Source: Octopus sinensis
Lineage: Eukaryota
Assembly: GCF_006345805.1 (NCBI RefSeq)
Contig: NC_042998.1
Location: 107,074,001-107,138,000, forward strand
DNA length: 64,000 nucleotides
Direction: 5' to 3'
Shown here piece by piece: positions 55,256 to 64,000 of the stretch. The translations under genes and the position numbers were made by a program. The notes beneath the pieces are model-generated. The model was not told where the DNA came from and ran no database searches. It was given only the letters and a program-made list of their open reading frames with translations. How positions within the stretch are numbered: the stretch's first letter is position 1; the number at the start of each line of letters is the position of its first letter.

Positions 55256-55440
55256 CTGTGTGTGTGTTTACGTTTCCTATATATTCGTATTTATCACATA
55301 TATATATTCACACATATATACATATATATAAACACATACATATTGATCCAAATTCCCACATATATATATATATGTGTGTGTGTGTAACATACACACACAT
55401 ACATAAACACACACACTTATACACACATACAGGCATGTAC
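55085..55440. repeat. (GT)/(GA) compound microsatellite
   Basis: Direct reading. Confidence 0.92.
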
Positions 55441-56617
55441 ACACATGTTTTAACTTCTATGCCGTATAAAAGTCATAATAAAAATCAAAAGCCATGGATA
55501 AGGAAATCATTTCAAAGCAAATTTATCCAAGTGTCAGAATAAAATTTCTCTTTTCTTCCTTTGTTCCGTATCTTATCTTTTTCTCCCTGATCTTTATATT
55601 TTCTTAGTTTTGTTCATCTCCTGTTTAAATCAAAGTAATTGTACGAGCAAACTAAATTATTGGAATTCTCATTTGAGCATAGACATCACAGTAAAAGAAT
55701 AGAAAATAAAACAAGCAAAACAATTTTTTTTTAAAGTCTTCATTTTTAAATTGGAAGTTGTTCAGCCTTACTGAACTATAAACTCAACATCCAATCTATT
55801 TTCTTTGTTTTAAACATCAAACTTACTCAACTGGACGAATCATATAATGCTGTGTTATCTCATGTTATTTCCAATCACTGGAACGATATAACGCCGTATC
55901 TGATACTGCGTGAAACGATGATAAACTCGTGATATAAGGTATTAACTAATCACCGAATGATGTAATACCGCATTCAGCCAATGAAATGATATAACACTGT
56001 GTCTGGCTCTTGTATTTGCCATATTTAATTTGTTTGTATGACAGGATGCAAAACTATTTTTAACCAATAAAATGTTATACGTTATCTAAAACCATTGAAA
56101 TATTATCATACTATTTTCTTTAAAGTATTAAAGTATTTATTCTGATTTATCGTACAGGAAATGAAATAAGTTGATACTCATTGCTTATTTCAAGCTATTC
56201 AGGTGACGATAAAGGTTGCCTTCCAAACAGTTGCAAAAAGATAAAGTTTTACGATTCCGTATAGTCTTATCCTTATTTCAAATGTATTACACTAATCATC
56301 AAAAGCTATCAAATTCCATTAAATGGTGTGCGTCAAGAGACTGGATCAAAGCCAGTGGTGATGATATTGTTTGCATTCTAGTCCGTAGGTGTTATTGCAA
56401 AGTTATTTATCATATCTATAGAACTCATTGTGGCATAGTAAGTGGTTTTGTAAGTGTGGGCAACTGCTAGTCTTCCATAAACAAAGCAAAAATATCCTTT
56501 TGTGACTTAAGATTTTTAAGAAGTTGACTCTGAGTCTCACGGAACATGTGAAAGAGCCTGGATGCATAATTACATAGACAAACATACGTACATACGTACA
56601 TGCATATGTGTGCATCC

Positions 56618-56655
<38 letters not shown>

Positions 56656-59574
56656 TGTGTGTGTCGTTTTTAGCAAACATAAATCCGAAAGAAGAATCAG
56701 TATATATTAAAAATGGGGAAGGCCGGTTTATAGGATTACTTTAGGTTTCCTGTCCATAAAGAGTTTAGCTTTAGGGCATATTGTCAGACTCCAAAAACCT
56801 GTAATAGGTTTGATGATTTGTAGTCAGTTAACAGCAGCAACAGCAGCAATATCAAGAACATCGATAACAACATTGGCAGTAACCAATAATGTAATATCAA
56901 TATTTGAAACCATATAAATAAGTGACTGCGATAAACCTACATTATTTCATATCAATAGCATCCAGTAATAATGTAATGTCACGGGCAACCTTGGTTTCTC
57001 ATGACATCATAATAGTTTTATCTTTGTTGTTGATGTTGTTAAGCTGTATGTCAGCCCTAGAAGGGCAGGTCTATGTATGAACAAAAACATTTAAAGTGTG
57101 ATCAAAACAAACATGTTCTAGTTATGATCATCTTGTCATTTTATGTTGATATAACATTCATTCTTAAAGTGGTCTGTGATCTGAGAGCAATTTGGCTGAT
57201 ATTTCTAACAGTTTGAGCAATCCCGAGGCAGTGTTTTTCGTTGACTCGTTTTCTGACTTCATGGCAGACAATAAATTTTATAACAGCCGAAGTTACTGAA
57301 GAGTAAAGAAGTTACCCTGACTTCTTCACAACATCTCTAGCAAGTGATAGTCCTTACCTGTTTTGAAACAGCAACTTAGAAAATGAGGAGGCCTTTATTT
57401 GGTTGCTCGACCTGTTGGAACTAGCATTTAAATTTCCCTCATATCACATTCTTCTCTTTGGGGATAAAAGCTAAGAACATTAGTTATGTTTGACAAGAGA
57501 GGACTCTCGCAACCAGAAAGCCTTTGATAGTAGGCATGACCGACAGCTAAACAACAATAGACGTCAACAACAATGACCATGTCGGCTAACTCATTCACTC
57601 AGCTTATTTATAAAAGAATTTTATAGTTACAACAAATCTTCCAACAGAGCAATTACATTTTCTAGCTTTGTCTTTTTTATATATAATTTTACAGTGGGTT
57701 CGAACCCTTTCTCTTGTTGACCTTCACTTCTGCAAACATTATCAAGAGAGTAAACATTCAAACTATTTCTAAAGGTCATTCTTTTTTCAACTAACCCATG
57801 ATTTCCCAACCTTTTCTATACGCCACACCCCAATATAAAATGTTTGAGTAATTTATGCTCCCCTACAAAATTAATTTCACAACTGAAGACGAAAAGTAAA
57901 TTTTCTGATAATTTATTTTGTATTTGAATTGAACATTTACAGCATTGTAGATGAACAAACTAAACTCGAAAAACAAGCTTTGACTCAGCGTATCAAATAC
58001 AAATGTAAATTGAGTAGTTAGAAAAAAACACTATAAACAGTAAAATCAATCGAAATTGTGAACATAAAATTCAATAATTCCTTTGTTATTGCTTTTCATT
58101 CATGGCTTTAACAAAACGTGGAAAGAAAAAAAATCCACGGGTCTACCTTGTGGATTCAAGTGATTTCTAAATTTTATCTTGATCGATAAAAAAGAACGGA
58201 ATCCAGACACACACAAGTATGTCGTTGCAAATGCACTTCTTGGTAATAATCTCTTAATGGTTAAACTTACATGTGTAAAATAATAGAGTTATTTTTGTAC
58301 TTAATAAAATATAGTTATTTTTAAGTTACTAAATAATTTGAATCTGAAAAGCGATTTTGATAGAATACTTTTCTACTTTGTCGCAATCAAATGCAATCTC
58401 GCAACCCCAGGAATACGAATGTTCCAGGTTGGGAAGCCTTAATTTAACTAAAAATGTAAATTGAAAATATTTTATTCTATTCCACATTGCTTAATATATC
58501 TCTGATAGTGTAGTCAAACGGGACAACAACGAACAAATTATACGTTAATAAAATAGACGAACTATAAAGATGAACCACCGTCATCAAATTACAATAACAA
58601 AAATAAATTCTATAAAGTCAACATCAGATATTATACACGAATTGCAAAATAAAAATAGTTATTCGACTAGCTAAAATTCTTAGTCAAAGCTCCATTAAAT
58701 TAAGCTCTACCGTTTGTTTTGTTTTGTTTTGTTTTAGGGATAGTGTGGATAGTGTAGTCGTAGACACAGTCTTAAAACAGAACAGGGTATCACAGCTAGA
58801 AAAACACTTTTGATCATAGGTTCGATTTGGGTACAAAGCAACAAAGTGCAGATCATTTTCTGTTTTATTTCACAACTAAATTTCTTCTTTTTACACTACT
58901 AAGAAATATCACTAATCTCTGTTTTATTTCACTGCAATAAATTGCCAGACAACGATACGAGAAATATACATTTTGTCCAATAAGATTTATACTGTCCATT
59001 TATCTCTTTCCGAAGTATCCATGGAAATGATGCTAGATATCTGTGTAATAATTAGCAGTTTATCAAACGGATGCGTGTATGCGGAACTAATTTTACGAAC
59101 GTGTATGTTTCATTAATATCACCAGCCGTTACTACATCAGTATGTCTATTATTTATCTATAAGGCATACAAGATACATTTTAAAGGACTATACTCCACTA
59201 ATATCTTGTAACTTTTGCTCCAAATAACGTTGACTTGGGATTTAATTCCTCGAAAAGCAGATCTTAGTAGAAAGAGACAAACAGACAGGCAGACGGACAA
59301 ACAGACAGGCAGACAGGCAGACGGGCAAACAGACAGAGACAGATAGATAGGTTAAGAGAGTGAGAAGGAGAAACTCAGTTATAGCAAATACCATCTATTT
59401 CTTATTACTAGAGCGAAAAAGAGCGAGAGGGAATGGTGCGGTTGTGATTCATATAGACTCTTTTTTACATATATGAACCACCTTACAGTTTACAAATCAA
59501 CTCTTAAAATATCTATTGAAATTCCTTCTAAAATTTCATTTTCCAAGGATCTATAAAATCTAACATATATTTAC

Positions 59575-59712
59575 ACGCACGTGCGCATGTATGTGTGTAC
59601 GAATGTATGTATGTACGTACGTATGTACGTATGTATGTATGTATGTATGTATGTATGTATGTATGTATGTATGTATGTATGTATGTATGTATGTATGTAT
59701 GTGCGTACGCAC
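59575..59712. repeat. (TATG)n microsatellite
   Basis: Direct reading. Confidence 0.95.
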
Positions 59713-59897
59713 ATGCTTCTTTTATTTGGTGGGTCTGGAAAAGAGAAGGTGCCCATGGTCTTTAATGCCCTCCTAGATCGGTTTATGTTCAACCTTTCTT
59801 GGACAACGCCTACGGAGTAGCTATAAACAGTAAATTAATTCCAGAGAGTATATTTCTTCCATGTTTTTTCTTCAGCGCATCCCTTTGTTTAATACTG

Positions 59898-60075
59898 GTA
59901 TCAAATTTTGGCACAAGGCCAGTATTTTTGGCAAAGGGGCCAAGTCGATTACATCGACCCCAGTACTTATTTTATTGACCCCCGAAAGGATGAAAGACAA
60001 AGTCAACCTCGGCAGAAATTGAACTCAAAACGTAGATACGGACGAAACGTCGCTAAGTATTTTGACCGGCGCGCA
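59898..60075 (-). mobile_element. SINE-B
   Basis: ttttggcacaaggcc...gtcgattacatcgacccc...cccgaaaggatgaaag. Confidence 0.82.
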
Positions 60076-60399
60076 TCCTTTTGTTTAATAATGCTAACAA
60101 AACGGCTTTTCATTTTAATGTTATTGAAAGTATTCTTCCTTTCTTTAAATATAGATGTCTGCTTTGTATATTTGCTCAGATATATTCATTTCTTTTTTCT
60201 TGTTTGTCTTTTTGTTATTTTCAAAAATATTGGGTAGCGGTGTAGTGGGGGCTGCCTCATTTTCTAAGACCACCTCTTCTGGATTAGCTAGGACAACCAT
60301 ATTAAAATTACTTGTAAGCAATATTAGAAATATTGAATTTTTAAATGTCTCAGAGAGACATGAGCGGTGGTGGAGCGATATAGTGGTTGTATACTGTCA

Positions 60400-60620
60400 A
60401 CTCAACGTAAGGGAATTACACCACCGCCATTTAGCCCTAGGAAACAACGACGTTTCCTGTCGGCTTTGACACATTTTCGGTGTCCTTATATTTGCAAAGG
60501 GGAGGCAATCACCCCCGCCAGCTGGGACTAGCACCTGAAGACATATGTTTCTGAGTGAATTGCTCGTCATCAGTCCAGGGTAGTCAGTCTCGCTCGCTGA
60601 GATGACCGCAATAATTTTAA
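60400..60620 (-). mobile_element. Diverged family-A-like monomer
   Basis: Collinear hammerhead, two downstream hairpins and shared tttgcaaata / tttagccc motifs relative to the 36-37 kb unit. Confidence 0.72.
60534..60579 (-). ncRNA. Type I hammerhead ribozyme (family A')
   Basis: CCTGGA-CTGATGA-cGAG(CAATTCA)CTCa-GAAA-CATAT-GTC^TTCAGG; canonical core; first stem II pair is C-A. Confidence 0.82.
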
Positions 60621-61356
60621 ATAAAATAATATATATTTATAAAATTTCAAAAACTCTTTTTTTCTATTCTGGTTAATGGTGGTGAACTCCAAACTTTTCG
60701 AAAAAGTTAGGGTTAGGGTCTACAGAATTTTAAAATCTTTTAAAAATCAAGATAAAATCTACAAACGTAACCTCTACTTCAGCCATCTTCTTGTGATTTG
60801 GTAGCCCACGTACTTGCTTGTTACAAAAATAATTGCAAGCAATTTGGGAGCGGCTGGCAAGAAAAATGCTCACGTCTTGGCTATGGCTTACCTAAAGTTC
60901 TTCGAATAATTCTTAGATTTTTTATACTATTATTAATATCCTGTCTTTCACAGGCTCATAATCTCATTTATCTGCACTGAATTTCTCTGATATGGTCGCG
61001 TGGTTCCTTTGTGACTTCTCTTAGCTCTCCGGTTGTTGTGCAAACAACTGCGAATTTCAAAGCGATGTCGGAAATGCCTGCAAAAAAAGTCTGTCTTGTT
61101 TTTGAGTTCGAAGATAATGCAAAACGTTAAGTAGAGATAGTGAAATACACTCATAGGCTTGTACCCCAGTACATGCCTAGCACAACCCAAGAGTGAGAGT
61201 CACGGCCATTAGCAGCAACATTGGTTGGTCCCAGTCTCATGGTTAACCTTGTGGTGTTCACATTTCGTTGAAAGTCATCTAATTTTGAAACAAAAATATC
61301 ACAAAAAGTAAACTTAAACCAGAGCGTTGATGAAATGATTTATGATAAAATCCTGA

Positions 61357-61389
<33 letters not shown>

Positions 61390-61996
61390 GGTGGTGGTGG
61401 TATGGTGGCGGCGTTATATGTACCGTTACCGAACATGTATCTCCAGCAATTGTTTTTAAAAGTAATCGTTAATTTGTAATCATTTCTTAAACCAACATTC
61501 AGCAGCTCTTGTATAATAACAGATAAACAGTTTATATTACGTCGTTGTAGCAATTATGTTCGTGACAACTTGATAGGTAATAAAGAGAGCCATCATTCAT
61601 TACGCACTTGCTGCAAATATTTTAAGCAAACATAGAATAGGTACTTTCACAAATCGGTAGTCATGGACAAGCAGTCAACAGTGAAACGAAGAGGGTGCCA
61701 GACAATATTCCACGCTTGCGTGAATATAAAGAGATATGTAAACACGAATGCAAACATGGAAATAGACGTACAATCACACATACAACACATATCTTACATA
61801 TGTTTACATATTCACACGCACTATATGTACGTATGAGTATGTTTAGGCATGTATATTTTTATTAATTCATATCTATAAAGACACATGCATATATAAAGTA
61901 ATTTGCGATGTTCACTTATCGTTCAATTACTCTCATTTTTTTCATCGTCAATGATACACACGCATACACTCGTCCACACACTCTAAAATGGGCAGA

Positions 61997-62032
<36 letters not shown>

Positions 62033-62379
62033 GGTGGGGGAGATCGTGATCTTTATGCTGTAATTATGAAATACAATGGTTACTCAAAATTTAATGCTAA
62101 GCTTGTAGTTTTAACTCACAGAGAAAACAAACCTAGATGCATTACAATAACCGGATGAATGTATGTGCCGTTACACTACACGAGTACGCGCGCGTGTCCG
62201 CACACACATGATGGTTACAGAAAAATATCTTTTTCATAAATAGAATACTGAACACTAACATTCACTGGCATGGTCAAAGATGAGACCTCACTGCATAGTA
62301 GAACAAAATTCTACTGCTGAACAGATGTATTTATAATTTGCATGCTAAACCACACCAGTTTGAACAAACTTCCCTTCAG

Positions 62380-62990
62380 AAAAATATTTTCTCGAAAAAA
62401 ATTTTATCAATGGCCAGCAAATATGTCCAATTTTTCGGCATATTTTGCATTAGAAATTTTTTCCTTTGCCCTCATTTATGAATTGTTTATAAATTTAACC
62501 GTTAAAGGTATTTTTTAATATGCTGGCCATTGATAAAAATTTTTTCGAGAAAATATTTTTTTTAGAAAAGAATTTTATCCTCACATTTGATATAAATTTA
62601 AGCGTTCACTTCCGGACTAACTAACTCACTCTGTGAGAACCTCAGTTCAAATCGCACGTGCCTCGAATGGGCTGGAGTATTTCTATTTTGGATGTATTTG
62701 GGGTACTTAGTTGTGCCCATGACTTAGTATTTGCTTCTTCCATGGGTATGAGTAAGTATCTCATTTATTTCTTTTGCCACATGTATCACTGACGAAGAGA
62801 GGGCTCTTAGTAGCTAACTCTGAAATCGGTCCGATATGGTAATAATGGAATTTTTTAGAAATTTCTGTCGACCTTTTTTCGAGTAGCGTGCGTATTGTGA
62901 AAAAATTATATGGTTAATGGACAATATGTCCAATTTTTCGGCATATTTGGCATTAGAAATTTTTTCCTTTGCCCTCATTTATGAATTGTA
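62380..62990 (+). mobile_element. Family-B element: short 5' inversion plus ~1.1 monomers of 503 bp
   Basis: 62380-62419 is inverted relative to 62521-62560; 62420-62486 is repeated directly at 62923-62989; ends in (TA)n. Confidence 0.85.
62784..62841 (+). ncRNA. Type I hammerhead ribozyme (family B)
   Basis: TATCA-CTGACGA-AGAG...CTCT-GAAA-TCG(GTC)CGA-TA^TGGTA. Confidence 0.78.
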
Positions 62991-64000
62991 TATATATATA
63001 TATATAAAGTAAGCATGATCTAGTAGCTTGTGCCGCTCTTTCTCTAATTGTTTAAAGTGCCTTTGTAGGTAGTCATGAGTTGACATAGGCACTCTCTCGT
63101 CCAATCCACTCTTGGCTCAATGGAACAGCCAAGCTATAACGGCAGAAGGGAGATATAACTGCGGTCGGTTGATGCTCATTTTTCAACTAAGTAGACTAGA
63201 ATAACGTGATATGAAGTGCCTTGCTCAAGAATACAATGCGCTGTCCGATTACAGAATCGAACCTGCATCTTTGCTATCCTAAGCCCAACACCCTAACTAC
63301 TAAACTGTACATGTGTGTGTTTGCGTATACATATATAACAAAAACGAACCAGTTGGTTAACTGATACAAATAAATACATAAGAGTGTAAGATATGTGTGA
63401 CATGTAAAGCGACACGTAGACATAGAATTCAACCAACTGTTCCAGTTCATAGCCCATGTACTTCAATATATGTATTTAGTGACATACATAGAGCGATGTC
63501 TTTCTTTTATCCGTTATCGACACCAGATAATCTCACAAACGTTGTATAGTACATACAGATAAACACAAATACATGTATTCATATGCTTTAATTATAAGCT
63601 CCCTCTAATCATTTTCAACTGGTTGCTATGGACAAATATCATATCGACAATGATCTTTGCTGGAAGTATGTCTGTTATCGATGATTCAACTGTCCTGCGC
63701 ACTTCTGTGCGTGCCCGCGTGTGTAGTAACGCGTTGCTATTAGTAGGAAGCAACAAGTGTCGGCAAGCGTAGATAGTAATAATCAATCGATATGTTTGAT
63801 TGTTGTTACCGTGTCATAGTCGCTGCTTTATTGGAATAATAATACAATGTCGTTGATGTCACTGCATATAGTCACTAAATTTTGTCTGTTCCAGTAACAG
63901 TAGATAGTAATCAATTTGAAGAAACATGTTTATCTTGGGGAAAGGTATAGATTTGTATAAAAACGAATGCCACGTGCTACGTTCGATTCATATGAGCAGT

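Noticed and set aside
60707-60718. TTAGGGTTAGGG telomere-like repeat
   Set aside because: Only two units; insufficient for an interstitial telomere call.

Overview
Eukaryotic, AT-rich, gene-poor DNA dominated by microsatellites and transposable elements. The tRNA-derived SINE families look like those of Octopus (cephalopod), which is an inference from recall. No complete host gene is recognisable, only one weak candidate exon. Most listed ORFs are translated microsatellites. Main contents: (1) a nest of about 7 truncated R4/Dong-type restriction-like-endonuclease LINEs in (TAA)n at 3.6-10.2 kb, one interrupted by a mariner; (2) a near full-length, frameshifted Neptune-type Penelope-like element (RT + GIY-YIG) in (TA)n at 21.0-26.8 kb, ending in a minimal hammerhead; (3) a Tc1 element, CR1 and Penelope fragments, and many SINEs. 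The standout is a set of non-coding, (TA)n-flanked repeats carrying type I hammerhead ribozymes. One is a ~351-bp tandem array with four canonical hammerheads at 36.1-37.6 kb. A diverged relative at 60.4-60.6 kb preserves every helix through compensatory changes. A second family has a ~503-bp monomer (20.2, 31.7, 38.8, 62.4 kb), and several degenerate fold-back remnants are also present. Together these look like retrozyme-type (ribozyme-processed, possibly circular) RNAs, plausibly mobilised by Penelope-like elements. All structures were paired by eye and coordinates are approximate to a few bases. Frequent 1-bp indels suggest residual long-read errors.
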